A stretch of 63,459 bases of DNA, filler included, from Craspedostauros australis (Eukaryota), in the NCBI GenBank assembly GCA_030167865.1. It is 15 parts of 15 records of this genome, joined end to end, with 100 filler letters (N's around TTAATTAATTAA, not from the genome) between each part and the next. Parts side by side here need not be neighbours in the genome. Positions count along the whole stretch, not along the records: positions 39,271 to 46,788 come from JALAGF010003539.1; positions 46,889 to 49,075 come from JALAGF010003541.1; positions 49,176 to 56,961 come from JALAGF010003542.1; 12 more parts are not named here. One strand, written 5' to 3'. Of the stretch, positions 42,532 to 55,650 are shown piece after piece. The notes beneath the pieces were generated by a model. It worked only from the letters and a program-made list of their open reading frames with translations. It made no database searches and was not told the origin of the DNA. A program made the translations under genes and the position numbers. Within the stretch, counting starts at the first letter, position 1. Every line of letters begins with the position of its first letter.

Positions 42532-44911
42532 TTACAGATCGTTCTGGTGTGAAAATTCGAAGTCATCATCGGATTCACTTTCCGAGTCGGAGACGCTATC
42601 CACTTCGGTGCGGGACGTGATTGTGGAGCACCGCTTCATGGCGGTGGATTTGTTGGTTATCACCACCACCGTCGTCGTCGGAATCTTGGTCGTTGGCAAA
42701 CTGACAATGAAGAGCAAGATCAAGTAGAGATGCACCAACGCGAAGATGCATTGCTGCTGGATGGGGATCTCGGTCGTATGCGAGGATTGTTGCAGCTGGC
42801 GCTGTTTTGTCGATTGCGACGTGACGATGGCGATCATGCTGCCCTGCTTGGACGATTGTTGCTTGCGGAAGACGTTGCGACATCGTTCCATCTCGTCCTG
42901 CAGCAGGGTGCGGATCCTGGATGTCATGGATGTGGCATGCGTCGTCATGGTATCGCTGGCGCTGCCGATGAGTTTGACGAACGGCGAGATGATGCTGTTG
43001 GTTTTGGAAGAGGTGTGGTGTTGTTCGTGCGTTGACATGGATGGCACGACATCGGCGTTGCCATGCGACATGCCGCCCTTGACCGACGCCAACGGCCCGA
43101 GGAGGTAGGGAAACCCGTCGACGACACGGTCCAAGAACTCGGATGACATGGGATCATCCAACCGCAGGTACTCGAAGAAGATGGCGGCCGCGAGATCGGG
43201 ACGTTCGAAGGTGTCCATGTAATCGCCGTTGAGACGCGCCTCGAGATCGCCGTTCTTGCGCCACGTGAAGACGAGCTCCGTGCCGCGCGCGCAGCAGTCG
43301 GGATTGGAATTGTACTGCGGCGGGGCGATTTGGGCGCAGGAGCAGCGACCGGGATTGTCGATGGGGTCCTCGATGATGCGCAGCATCGTGGGTGAGGCGG
43401 GTCGTGGTTTGAGGCTGGAATTGATGAGGAGGTCCTTGCCTTCGGCCGTGAGCATCTTCCAATCGGCCTCGAGGCTGTCGCGCATCGTGTCGGTGCCGAG
43501 CTTCATGTTGATCTTGAGGAGGATGGTGCGATCAAAGTGGTTGTCGTTGCTGTCGCCCCTGAGGATGTCGTAGAAGTCGGGTCGTGCGCGGAGTTGTTCG
43601 GCATCGAGGTCGGCGTACGGTTGCATGTCGGCGTCGGCCAGGACGTCGCGTTTGGAGACGTAGTAGGCGATGCCGTAGACCTGTGATGTTGAATGACATG
43701 TTTGTGTTGAGTGTGATGTTGTGGGAAGCAGGCAGGCAAATGCATATTGTGTGAGGAGACATGAAGTATCGGCACTAAACGGATGATAGCAGAAACCACA
43801 AGACAGGACACACAGATCACGACGCCCCGCGATGGTTGCTACTCACATTGATATTGAAAACGGTCCGCGTGTACTGCCCCACCCCCGTCAGCATGTGCTG
43901 TCCATACTGCTTGCGATCATATCCCAAATACGACGACAGATCCGTGGCGTAACGCAACCCCGTGACGGGATCGATCCAATGCTCGTCCTTGTTGTAAGGA
44001 TGCGTGCGCATCTTGCGTGGTTGGTGCACGGTGGCGGCTGGCGCATGCTTTGTCATGGACTGCTGGGTATTGAGGGCATCGACGACGCGATGATGCGCAG
44101 GCGGGGCCGTGTTGCCGCTGTGCTGTTGCGTTGCGTACGTGTGCGCCGCATCGTGCATCGAAGATGGGAGGTGCGAAGAAGGCTTGGCGCTGTCGTCCAG
44201 CTGTGGTGCTGTGCTTTCATCCATCACAATACCATCGTCCACACTGCGCTGCCGCACGACCGTAAATCGCACGACGTCCTCGCTGTCTTCATCGCAGGAG
44301 GACAGCGCCGCCTGCGACGACGACGACGTGCGCGTGATGCAATCCTGAAGCTGCACCTTCGTTAACCGGCGCGGTGGTTGCTTCGCGTAATGCAGAATGC
44401 CGTTGGCGGTGACTTGCCAATGCCAGGCCTTGTCGCTGGAACATGGAACGAGATGCTTCTTTGTGGGGACGAGACATTCGCCTTGCGCAAAGTCCAGGGC
44501 CTCGCCGACCGAGTGGGCATCGCGGTCATCGACGACGCGCAGGGCGAAGGCATCGCTGTCACGTGCGGACCATCGCATCCATCGGCTGCGCTTGCGCTTT
44601 GAGTTGGGCAGGATGTTCCAGAAGGTGGCGTCGCCGCATTCGGCAAAGACGCCGTTGGGTCCCAAGCAGGCGGCGTCGGCAGAGTCCTGGATCCAGTGCA
44701 CGCTGTCGGGCGATTGGTCGACGGAGGAAGGGTCCAGCTGTTCTAGCACGATGGAGAACTGGCCTTTCGCTTGTGACGATGCTGAGGCTGACGATACTCG
44801 TATTGAGGATGATAATATTGAGGATGGGAGGTATGTGACGCCGGCCAAGTGGACCAGGACGACGAATAGCCTCGATGATCTCGATGAGATCAGGAAGTAC
44901 GGGTATGCCAT
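42532..44911 (-). CDS. Chalcone-isomerase-fold (fatty-acid-binding protein-like) protein with a Cys-rich, possibly ricin-B-like N-domain and a C-terminal TM, 2 exons
   Basis: Exons 44911-43847 and 43680-42532 give LTGVGQYTRTVFNIN|VYGIAYYV, GTELVFTW and LAAAIFFEYLRLDDPMS (CHI fold). TM CIFALVHLYLILLFIVSLP. Confidence 0.82.
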
Positions 44912-45540
44912 TGTGTCTGTGTCTGTGATATGATGTATTGGAATGTGATATAATGTGATGTATTGTGATATAATGTGATGTATTGGATTGCGCTGAGTTC
45001 AATTTATGGCCGAAGCTGCTGCGATGGTCTGTGAATGCCGATGCTCGTAGCAGTACTCGAGTATCAATGTATGAGTGTGTGAGTATGTATGAGTTTGAAT
45101 GCGCAAGTTCACGTGTTGTTGTTGCTGCGTTTTATGTTTCTCAGTTGAACCTGTGCGTAAGTTGTGTTGTTGTTGTTGTTGTTGTTGTTCGAAGTCCTGG
45201 GTTGGAAGTTGTTGGTTTGTTATTTATGGGTGTTGTGTCTGCAGTTGCATTCTTTATCGCACAAGCTGAAGACGTGGAAGTGGAAACAACGCTGTGCCTC
45301 TCTGTTGCACGGATCGCCGATAAAGTGCGAAGTGCGATGATGGATCGCACCAACTCAGCCGATCGATTATGTTTGGAATGGAGACAAACAAACAAACCAA
45401 GTCGAAGATGACGAAGATGATGACGACGAAGACGAAGGAGGAAAGCGTTCCGATGTGGGATGTTTGTTGTTGTTGGATGGATAAGTTGGTTGGTGGGGCT
45501 GTGATCTCAACTACTCTGCTAATGCAAAACAAGTGCTCCA

Positions 45541-45590
45541 ACTGACTGACCGGCTAACTGACTAACCAACTGACTGACTGACTGACTGGC
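45541..45590. repeat. (ACTG)n-type microsatellite; (GTT)n also at about 45165-45189
   Basis: Direct inspection. Confidence 0.8.
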
Positions 45591-47967
45591 TGAGTATCGT
45601 TACTGAGCGAGTGAGTAAGTGAGCGAGTGAGAGCGATGCAGTTGGATGATGCAGCCGATTGAGCGAGAATGTGATCAGTGACGATTTGGATTGAGATGAT
45701 GACGATCCTCTCTTTCCTCTTTGCTCCATTCCTCTTCCTCCGATTCCATTGGCGGCGCGATGTGTCTGTGTTGTTGCTCTTCCATCATTCGAGAATGACG
45801 ATGCGTGGAACCGTGTTGTTTCCTGGTTTGTTCGATGGTGGCGCCTTGATGGGTCTACCACCGCACAAAAATACGCGTGTAACATCGCGGTTGGAACATA
45901 GTCCCTAACCTCGAACTGCAACGCGTTCCTGATCGGAAATTCCTGATTGGCTCCCACCTTGCTTCCAGCACAATGGTGGTCCCAGTCAGAATTGCCTGGC
46001 TGTGTTTGCGTGTTTGGATCGTGTTGTTGTTGGCGGCGTATTTGGCCAGCCTTTTCCTTGGTGCAACGTTGAAGATCGTCTGTCTGACGTACGTCTAGCG
46101 CCACGTCGCACAGTTCGGCTCAATGATGTCACACATCTTCATCCAATCATCAAGTGACTCAGTATATCAATTTTGGGGACCCGGAAATTGAATGTATCTT
46201 GTCCGCACAAAGATACCTTTTTTGGTCTAGCAGCAGGCGGTTCGCACCTCTCTTTTGGATCGGGGTTGAGTCGAATCGAAGATCGTTGTCGCTCCTGGAT
46301 TCCTCTCTGTTTGATGGTTGTGTGATGGGTGGTTGCATGCGACACGGGCGCAGCACACGGACGCGGATGGATCCATGGGTGGTTGACAAAAGTCGTTCGA
46401 GAGGAACAAGAAAAGGTTCGAAGGATCTCCCACTCACGACTTTGATTCTTGAAACGAAACAGATCTGTGGCGCAAGGCGATGGCGCAGCACAGATTCAGC
46501 GGCGCAGTATCGCACTGATGGAATATAGCAGAGAGTTGGATTTTCGTGTGCTGTTGTGACACGATCCGGAAGGGATGGCCTAGCTGACTGCCAGATTCAA
46601 AGAATCTGATGGTGAAGTCAACGTGTGGCGACCGTCTGGAGATTAGTTGTATGTGACAATGGAGTAGATTAGTGTTGTAGTGCTGATCTTAAGTTGTGCT
46701 ATTAGTTATTTGAATAGTCTGCATTGTGAGTTGATCAATTTGAGATGTAGGATGAAGAAACGATAGTCGGCTTGAATGGTGCGGCTCTNNNNNNNNNNNN
46801 NNNNNNNNNNNNNNNNNNNNNNNNNNNNNNNNTTAATTAATTAANNNNNNNNNNNNNNNNNNNNNNNNNNNNNNNNNNNNNNNNNNNNTGCATCGCGATG
46901 GCCAACGGTGCGCGCATTCATGACTGTGTACGCACAAGGAGGAAGAAGCAGGTTTCTCACAGAAAGTTCCACGCAATACGTATTTTTGGAGAAGTGAGGC
47001 ACGGTGATGACATCGCTGGTTGCAAGAGTTAGATGGCATCATCAGCAGCAGCGACGGCGGTGAAATATCCGATGACTGTTGGTGCACATTGACTCGCGGA
47101 TTTGCTGCTGTGAAGGGTGTGAGCGCGACTGTAGAGGTGGCCGCTTCTCCTTCTTCTCTACCATTGGTGGGGCCCACTGTTCTTCAATCACGACCGATGC
47201 ATCAACACTGGATGGGTGATGGAGTGACGGAGTATCGGCATGTGGAAACGGGAGTCATCCTCACCAATCCCTCCATCATCAGGAGCGTCGATGACTCGCT
47301 GGCCGAACTTGTTGGGACCATGATCGTCCAACCCATTGCCTTGGTTCGTACAGTGTGTCGCGCATCGCGTATCGTGAGTAATCCAGGTGCGGTGCTCAGC
47401 AAGTCATGGTGCCGATTGGACTTCCCGTGGGGTACCTCATTGTTTGCGATGATTGTGAATGTACTTGCGTTTGTGATTGTGATTGTGATTGTGGCAGTCT
47501 TGGTGCTCTCTCCTTGGCTTGGCCTCGGCTGCCATCATCGCAACTGCATCTGTTTCTGCACCGTCAGTTGATGCGCAAAGATCTTGTTCTTCTCTGCCGG
47601 CGCAACGCGTTGTTCTCACAGAAGAAGCGGAGTTGGCAATCACTTGATACCATCAAATTGGACCAATGAAAACACTACACGAACAGTTCGAATCAATGGC
47701 TTGAGTCGCGGCTATTGATCGATCGCATTCGATGTGCTTCTTATTGATGACCAGACTCATTCGTCAACTACAATGGTCGCACTAGTCGAAGATTCCCTTT
47801 CTGGTGTTGTTGCGGAAAGAGTGGCCTTGCGGAGCGTTTCTTCGTTCTCGTTGGTGGGAGAGACCACAAGGGACGGACACAAGAAGAGAAAGGGAGCCAC
47901 ACACAACTTCTGGACCCCTGCTTGAGCACGTCAGGACCAATCATCACACAATCATCACACAACCAAG

Positions 47968-48990
47968 ATGCCAGGCGTTACGAAGCAACAGGTCCTTGAT
48001 GCTGCCAAGGCAGGCGATTTGTCGGTGTTGAAAGAATGGGAGATGCAGAATGCAGGAGGCGGCATGACTGTCCGGGATGCGGATGGCTCCACTCTCCTCC
48101 ATCTAGCATGCACCAACGGGCATCCGGAGTGTGTCAAGTACCTCATCGAATCATGCAACGTCGACACCGGCTGCAAAGCCAACGATGGTCGCACTCCCCT
48201 TCATATGGCATGCCGGGCCGGCCGTCTAGAGTGTGCCAAGTACCTCATTGAATCATCCAAGGTCGATGTCAACTGCAAAGCCAACGATAAGGCCACTCCC
48301 CTTCATGCGGCATGCCTTGGCGGCCACCTGGAGTGTATCAAATACCTCATTGAATCAGCAAAGGCTGATGTCACCTGCAGACCCAACGATAATGCCACTC
48401 CGCTTCATCAGGTATGCCTCAATGGCCACCTGGAGTGTGTCAAGTACCTCATCGAATCATGGAACGTCGACGTCGGCTGCAAAATGGCCGATGGTCTCAC
48501 TCCCCTCCATGTGGCATGCCAAGCCGGGCACTTGGAGTGCGTCAAGTACTTCATTGAATCATGTAAGATCGACATCGACTCCAAAACCGACGATGATCTC
48601 AATCTCCTTCATCTGGCATGTCTTTGCGGCCATCTGGAGTGTGTCAAGTACCTCATTCAATCATGCAAGGTCGACGTCAGCTCCAAAGCCATCGGTGGTC
48701 TCACTTCCATTCATATGGCATGCCTTACCGCCCGTCTGGAATGTGTCAAGTATCTCATTGAAGCAGACAAGGCCGACGTTGGCTGCAAAGCCGACGATGG
48801 TTGCACTCCCCTTCATCTGGCATGCCAATTCGCGCATCTGAAGTGTATCAACTATCTTATTGAATCAAGCAATGCTGACACCACCATAAGAAACAACGAC
48901 AACAAGACACCCCTCGATATGATTCCAGCACCGTATAAGATGAGCATGATGACATCGATCATGAAGCTTCTCAATCTCCGAAACTCATAA
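47968..48990 (+). CDS. Ankyrin-repeat protein (340 aa, about 9 repeats of 34 aa)
   Basis: The unit TPLHxACxxGHLECVKYLIES repeats with a 102-bp period. Confidence 0.95.
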   Translation: MPGVTKQQVLDAAKAGDLSVLKEWEMQNAGGGMTVRDADGSTLLHLACTNGHPECVKYLIESCNVDTGCKANDGRTPLHMACRAGRLECAKYLIESSKVDVNCKANDKATPLHAACLGGHLECIKYLIESAKADVTCRPNDNATPLHQVCLNGHLECVKYLIESWNVDVGCKMADGLTPLHVACQAGHLECVKYFIESCKIDIDSKTDDDLNLLHLACLCGHLECVKYLIQSCKVDVSSKAIGGLTSIHMACLTARLECVKYLIEADKADVGCKADDGCTPLHLACQFAHLKCINYLIESSNADTTIRNNDNKTPLDMIPAPYKMSMMTSIMKLLNLRNS

Positions 48991-49355
48991 ACGTGGATAC
49001 AGATGCACAAACACAACCGCACAATTACCACCCAAGCACAACAACCAACATCAGCATCGGCCAAGATCGTCGCAGNNNNNNNNNNNNNNNNNNNNNNNNN
49101 NNNNNNNNNNNNNNNNNNNTTAATTAATTAANNNNNNNNNNNNNNNNNNNNNNNNNNNNNNNNNNNNNNNNNNNNCAGTGTGGCATCTACGTGAGCGTGT
49201 TGCTCGCAAGAGCACACGCAGTATTGGTGATCGTATGAATGGCGTTGATAGGAGGATGTTCTATTTATGAGATTTATTGTGCGTTTGTGAGTGATGATGG
49301 ATTGTAGAGGCTCAGCGAGTGCTCCAGGACTGTTCAGCGCGAACATCCTTCCTCT

Positions 49356-50066
49356 TTAGGCGGCCTTACCCGCGAGGGTGCGCTGCTTCGGTCTTGTTGG
49401 GGATTTGGCGGAGGGCACTGGTGCTGGTGAAGCAGCATCGATTCCTGCTCCTCCCATCTTGGCGATCTTGAGAATGGATCTCACGCCTTGGCTGGATCTT
49501 CCCAACGACTGGAAGATCTGCTTGGTTGGCGCGACGATGCTCTTGCTGTTGCTGCTCTTCATGGTGATGGTGAAGTCACTGCTACCACTCTTGTCGCTGT
49601 TTTCTGTGTTGTCTGTATTGTTTGGAGCACCGTAGACGATCTGCTCGTCCATGCGTCCACGGATGTGCGCCTGGGCCAGCGAATGCCTGCAAGCCTGGGA
49701 GTACAGAGCTGCAATGAATTCTGGATCGCTCTCTCCATCCTCCTGCTGCACTTCCTGCTCGCCCATGACGGCATCCCACGCCATGCGCTTGCGCTTCGTC
49801 TTGCGTGCGGATCCCTCCCTTGTGCGGGCCTCCAGACCGCGTGGGACGGTGGCAAGGGTGCCATGGTGCAGAGCGTGCAGCTGGTTCTTGACGTCCTGGC
49901 GCATCGTCTTGCTCTCATCGTCGCTGTACCAGCATGAGAAGTACTCATCGTCTGTGAATTCCTGAACGTGGATGTGGAACTTGACGCGCACAGATTCGTG
50001 GAAGCGGACGGCCTTCTTGGCTGGTCCTGATGTTGCTTGTTGCTGCTGCTGTTGTTGGGATGGCAT
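49356..50066 (-). CDS. Diatom-type hypothetical protein of the 'VRF...WY...RGLE...EQ...Y' family
   Basis: KKAVRFHESVRV, CWYSDDE, PRGLEARTREG, AVMGEQ, DPEFIAALY and RGRMDE. Homologous to 55651-56244. ATG at 50066. Confidence 0.85.
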   Translation of the reverse strand: MPSQQQQQQQATSGPAKKAVRFHESVRVKFHIHVQEFTDDEYFSCWYSDDESKTMRQDVKNQLHALHHGTLATVPRGLEARTREGSARKTKRKRMAWDAVMGEQEVQQEDGESDPEFIAALYSQACRHSLAQAHIRGRMDEQIVYGAPNNTDNTENSDKSGSSDFTITMKSSNSKSIVAPTKQIFQSLGRSSQGVRSILKIAKMGGAGIDAASPAPVPSAKSPTRPKQRTLAGKAA

Positions 50067-52523
50067 TGTGTTATTGTGATATTGTGTTATTGTGTGTTGG
50101 TGCGTATGTGATGAAAGATGGCTGGATCTTGAGCTTTGTGAGCAGATGAACTCCATCACAAAACTCATAAAACTCACAAAACAGAGATCAACACGCAACT
50201 CCGCACGATGGCAGCAACAACACGAGAGTAACACGTCGGAGCAACACGCAAGACGTAGCGCGAGCCAATTCGCGTTCGGGCTGAGTACGCACGGCGATGT
50301 TGCGGTTGTGGACACGCAAACAATCCACTCATCGCTACGCCTGTCGTGTCAATGAGTTCCTCCGTTGGGACAATGATGCGTGTTTCGTCACGAAGAACGC
50401 ACAAACTGGTAAACTTCCGTACGTCCGATCACGTTTTTGAGTTGTGCGAAATGCCGTGACGTGTGACGAGGGACTCACGGTACCGTTTGTGTTGTTGTTC
50501 CGCCTTTCTTCGCTGTCCGAAGAACGTGTTGGGCCTTCTTCTCTGTGAAGCTCCCAACAGACTTTTGCTAGGATTTATGCCTCGCGGAATGGCGGTCCAA
50601 TCCAAAACAACGCCGACGCCTCGCCGGAGACGATTTTGGCGTTGTTCTGTGGACTCGGTTGAAGAAGGTTGCGACATTGGAGGTGGTTGTGATGGCCCTG
50701 GCGGCGGGTGATCGCGCTGTTGGTGACGCTGAAGAGAACGATCAGCGATCCAGGCAAGAGCGTGGGCACAAACAAGTCTAGTTGTGTTGGTGACGATGGT
50801 GCCTACGGCGATCACCAAAACGGTGTCGAACAAAACAACTCAGAGATAGAGCCTTGGCGAAAGGATAACGCCGACAGGAAGAGGAAGAGCTACAACAAAA
50901 CCAGGGGTGTGGCCTCCAACAACGAGGACGGAGGTCAAGGCCGCCGCGGCCTTCTTCCGCACTTCTTTGTCTCCTTCGTTGCGGTTGTCGTCGTGGTTAT
51001 AGTTGTCCTGGCTTATGCTCAGGCGACAATGGATCACATCATCTCTCCTTTCATCCTTGTGTCCACCAAACCGCACATCCATCCATCCATCCATCTCTTC
51101 ACCACTCTACCAATACTCGCACTCGAATGCATTTGTCATCGCATCTGTCTTCGCCTTCGTCCAACAGGATCCGACAAGAGGCTTGCCTTCTGCGAGAACG
51201 CCCATTAGCCATCGCCGCATTCGAAGTCTCTCTCCATCAGAAGCTGATGCCTCATTGTCCGACCTGAATAGAGTACGAGGAGTCTGGAGTAACCACAACA
51301 TGCGGCGCCATCCGTTGTCTACCATAATATCATAATCTGTAACACTCCCCGTTTCGAAGTGCGCCACGAAGCTGAATTCAACTTCATGCCCATACCCATA
51401 CCCATTTCGTTCCATCATATTCTCCTCGTCATTATCTAGACTCTGATGAGTGTAGATACTAGACATATGTATTGGATACCTTTATACCAGTATCCGCTCC
51501 AACGCCAACCTTCATCGATTGTATGGTACCGGCCATGAGCTTCGCCAAGTTGAACTCGAGGTTGCAAGCACTTCGACTTCCGTCGTTGATGAAGTCATTT
51601 GCATCGGTCGCTGCAGTCAATCTACACTTTCGATCACAACGTTCTTCGTCGTAGGAAAGGATTGATTCGGTCATTAATCAATACCGCCAACCACCGAAAC
51701 CCGCACCCACCTTGGACTCGTGTTGGTTGTCAGCGCATTGGTTCTCATACAAGGCCTCGGGGATTCTTTGTTGGTCTTCTTCGATGACTTCAACTTCATT
51801 TCCTCACAAATTACACCAACGCGCTGCACACCAACAGCGAACGAGAAACAACACCACAGAAGCTTGCTGTTGCGTCTTCCGCGAGGAAGCCAAACGATGG
51901 AGAGATCACCAAGACACAACGCACACCTGCATGCATCTCTGCCGCCCCATCCATGAGAGGCGCTTGAAGTACCGACAAACCGTATCGAACCAACTTGAAG
52001 ACGCTGGGAGCAATGGTTCTTGCAGTATGTAAGGTGTAAGGTACAGCCATTCGTCACCGGCCACCAGGCGCAACTTCAAACGAGGACGCATCGCTTCAAT
52101 GCTGTTCCTCTGGGTGGGGGAGTCAGTCGAATCAGATGCGAAGATCCGATCATACTGTCACACCTGTGGTTGAGAACGCAGAACGTCAACATCATCACAA
52201 TTGGAGGCTTTGCTGTCTCCATCCTCCATCCTCCTTCCAACCGCAACGCCCATCATCACAACACAACAATGGGAAAAAGAGGCGGCAGTGACCGCACTAT
52301 CAGCTGCCTTAAATCGAATGTTGTCTACTCTGTGCATCTTATCTTATGAGTACGGCGGTACAGATTCTGTGGCGTCTATGCTGCGGCATCTTTCGCATTT
52401 CATTGCATTGCACCGCATCATGCCGTCGCATCCAGAACATGCTGCGATGCTCAATCGGATCATCGTCCGCATCGTGCGTTTGGTACTCGGCGTGGCTCGT
52501 CGCTGACACTGACGGCACCACCA

Positions 52524-53116
52524 CTATCCGCTCTTGCTCAATGCCTTCTGCAGTTGCCCATTGCGGAATGCTGCCTGCATGTCGTCGTTGCCACCCAAGA
52601 ATTCACCATTCACCCACACGTTCGGAACCGTACGCTGACCTGTCAGGCGATACAGATCCTGCTGGATCTTGCCTCCGTTGGGCATATCATCGAGCTCATG
52701 TACGACGACGTCGACATTTGCGAACGCTGGGTTTGTGCGGAAGAGCTGCTTGGTGCGAGCGCAGTGCGGGCAGTACGATTTTGAGAATATGACTACCTAT
52801 GGAGGTGTTTTTTCAAGTGTTGCATGTTGGACATGCAGCGAAGGCATGGTGAAGAGATGGAAACAGGGATGAAAGAGAGGGTTAGCATGGTGATGGGCGC
52901 AGTTGGTGTGAACTGTCATGAGTTGCCATGGAGTTCACATGAATGCACAAAGATGTGCTCCTGTCCACCGATCATATTGTACTTTCCACCACGGTTGCAT
53001 CGCGTACTTACCTGATGAGCACCGACCTCAGACTTGATGAAGTCTGCCGTCGTCGATGTTGCTGATGGCTGTGGATGCGAGTGCGAGTGCGAGTGCGATG
53101 GCTTCTGTGCGAACAT
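52524..53116 (-). CDS. Dithiol glutaredoxin (CPHC), 2 exons, 125 aa
   Basis: Exons 53116-53012 and 52796-52524 (CAG|GTAAGT...ATAG|) give VVIFSKSYCPHC...TGQRTVPNVWVNGEFLGGNDD. Confidence 0.93.
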
Positions 53117-55650
53117 GATTGGATTGGTGGATTTGGAACGAGTGTGAAGTGAATGTCGTGTGTGATTTCTGCTTGCTGCTTGCTGCGTGGAGTGAGATTG
53201 TGTTTTTAAGTTGCGTTGCTGTGCTTGCTGTGCTTGTTGTGATTGTTGGATGGATGGATTTTATGACAGTACAGTAGCAGTGAGATTGCCTTTCCCTGGG
53301 TTGGGTGATGAAGAAGAGCGAGGTTCTGTGTTGTCGTTGTTACGTTTCCGATGAGTTCGACGTGATGTGATGTGGTGTGGTGTGATGTGATGTGATGTGT
53401 CTGCGTTCAATTTGTGGCGGTTTGACAAGAACCAGCCCAAGCAGAAATGGGAGAATGATCGATCGTATTCGATGATGATCCGGATCGTCACCAACGACCC
53501 ATTCGACTGCTTCTGAGCGTCTCGCGCAGTCTTCGAATAGATGGACTGAATTGAGATTCTGCTCAAGAATTGTTCCTGGATGATTCTGCGAACATCTTCG
53601 ATGCGACAGTGACACACCCACAAAAACGGACCGCTGCAGTGCTGCTTCTGCGTTGCTCCTCCACACTCCGCGCTCTGATGATGCTCGTGCTTGTGATCAT
53701 ATAATACGTACTATAATAATACGTACTCATACTGACGCTTGATTTGACTGCAGCTCGACGTCATTGGTTGCATTCTGAGTTCTTCTGTACGGAGGTATAA
53801 CTGCCCGCTCCAACAGTAGTCGTGTTGCTTTGATTGGAGCCTGTCACGCATGTCACTCTCGTGTTCGCTCATGCACCTGTTCACGATGCCGCGCACATGC
53901 CGACATGTTGGTGCGACCGTACGCATACGTACGTGGACTCTTGCACATTCTTCTCCGTGCAAGTATGTAGCCCGTACAAGTGGCTTCGCGAGATGAACAT
54001 GACGGCCGACGTGAGCGTTGTTGCTGTGATGGTGGTCAAGTGCTCTGCCTCCTTGACACCAGCAAAGAGAAGAGCCATCACCACCGAGTGCTCTTCCACT
54101 CCCACTTCCGCGTACGCGCAGAGCACTCTTTCACAGGTTTGATACTCGTACGTATTCAGGAGGTAGACGGGTGTGCAATAGCACGGCGTGTATTGCGAAA
54201 GGTGACCATCCGAAAGGCTGATACGTACTCGTACGTGCGATGACAAGATCGAATCGACGACTCGCAATAGTACAAGCCACAGCATCATGTGCTATCCGTA
54301 TTAGTATCACCCAAGGACGAAACCAAGACTTCATTTCCGTGGAGTCATCACCGTCCAAGACTCCCTTTTGATTCCACTACTATTCAATGATCTCTCTGTT
54401 CTCGACTCTGCTCTACTTTATTCACTCTGCTTCATTCGATGAGCAGAATCCGAATTGGCACCATCTTGCCAGGGATCGGCTTGAGTGGCCCCCGTCTTTG
54501 TTTCCAGAGAACATGGAGTATTCACTCTGCAAGTGGCAGCATCGCAGCCGACATTCCCGCACTTCTTCGGATTCCGTTGTGTCGCTTCTGAACGAAGGCT
54601 GGTTCATCTCATCGTTACGCGAACAGGACACTATTCCTCCAGCGTTTGATTCCTCCTTCGCGAGTACTGTACTTTGCTTATCTGTGCTGATGTGATGGAG
54701 CAGGTTGTGAAGCTTTGTTGTTTGCCGACCACCCAAGACTCGCCTTTCTGTCCATGTTCGTCGCTGGGGTGGATGGACGAATGAATGGTTCGTTGCTTCC
54801 TTCGGCCACCCGCGCGATCGTTGACATAACAACCTGCGTGGCGATCTCCGTGGTGACCTCCGTGGCGACCTCCGTGGCGGTCGGCCAGATTAGCAACTGG
54901 CCAACATCCGCAAACGATCACGATGGCTGCAGGGCAGTGGTGTTATCATGGCATCGAGTGGCACCAACATCCTATGCCACTCGGACAAATGGTGGAATCG
55001 AGACCGCCGGAACCGGCGCTGCTCCTTTGGCGTAGGTGGTGGCTGAGGTGATTGAGTGGCAGTGCTGGACAGCGTGGCGCCTGATTTGAGTTGATGGATC
55101 ATCCAGCTGAGCTGAGCGGAGGCGGTATCCATCTCCTTTTTTGTGGTTGAGGTTGGGTTGGTTTCACAAACTTTCTCCGACTTTGTGGTGTGTGATGGCT
55201 TCGGCGTCACAAAATGACGGAGATGGCGAAGGCGCGGCGAATTTTCGGTCACAAATAGTTGCATTTGGACACAAACAACATCGCCGCGTCTATGGCGAAT
55301 CGCGGAATAATTCCGATGGACTTCTTTGGTACGAAGAACAAGCGCTGTACGTAGAGAGAAAGGCGGAAGAACTAGTACCCTTCTTTATGGATTCTTCCAT
55401 CGCCGTTTTCTGTGCTTCGTTGGCGTTTGGCCCGTTTGGTGCGTTGTTGTTGTTCAAAACACGTCTTCACCAGACAACTGCTCCAGCACAGCGCTGTGTT
55501 CAGTATGTTCTTTGTGACAGTTGTCCCATCACATTCTCCTCCTCATAAAACCAACATTCTCACAACTTCAGAGCCAACGACCAACACAGCCAGCACAGTC
55601 AGCACAGTCAGCACCACAAACACACTCAAATACAATCAACGACAGCAAAG

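Noticed and set aside
50400..52400. Multiple overlapping short ORFs; likewise 46889-47670 and 53700-55270
   Set aside because: All frames are interrupted and show no domain signal. They are treated as intergenic or decayed sequence.
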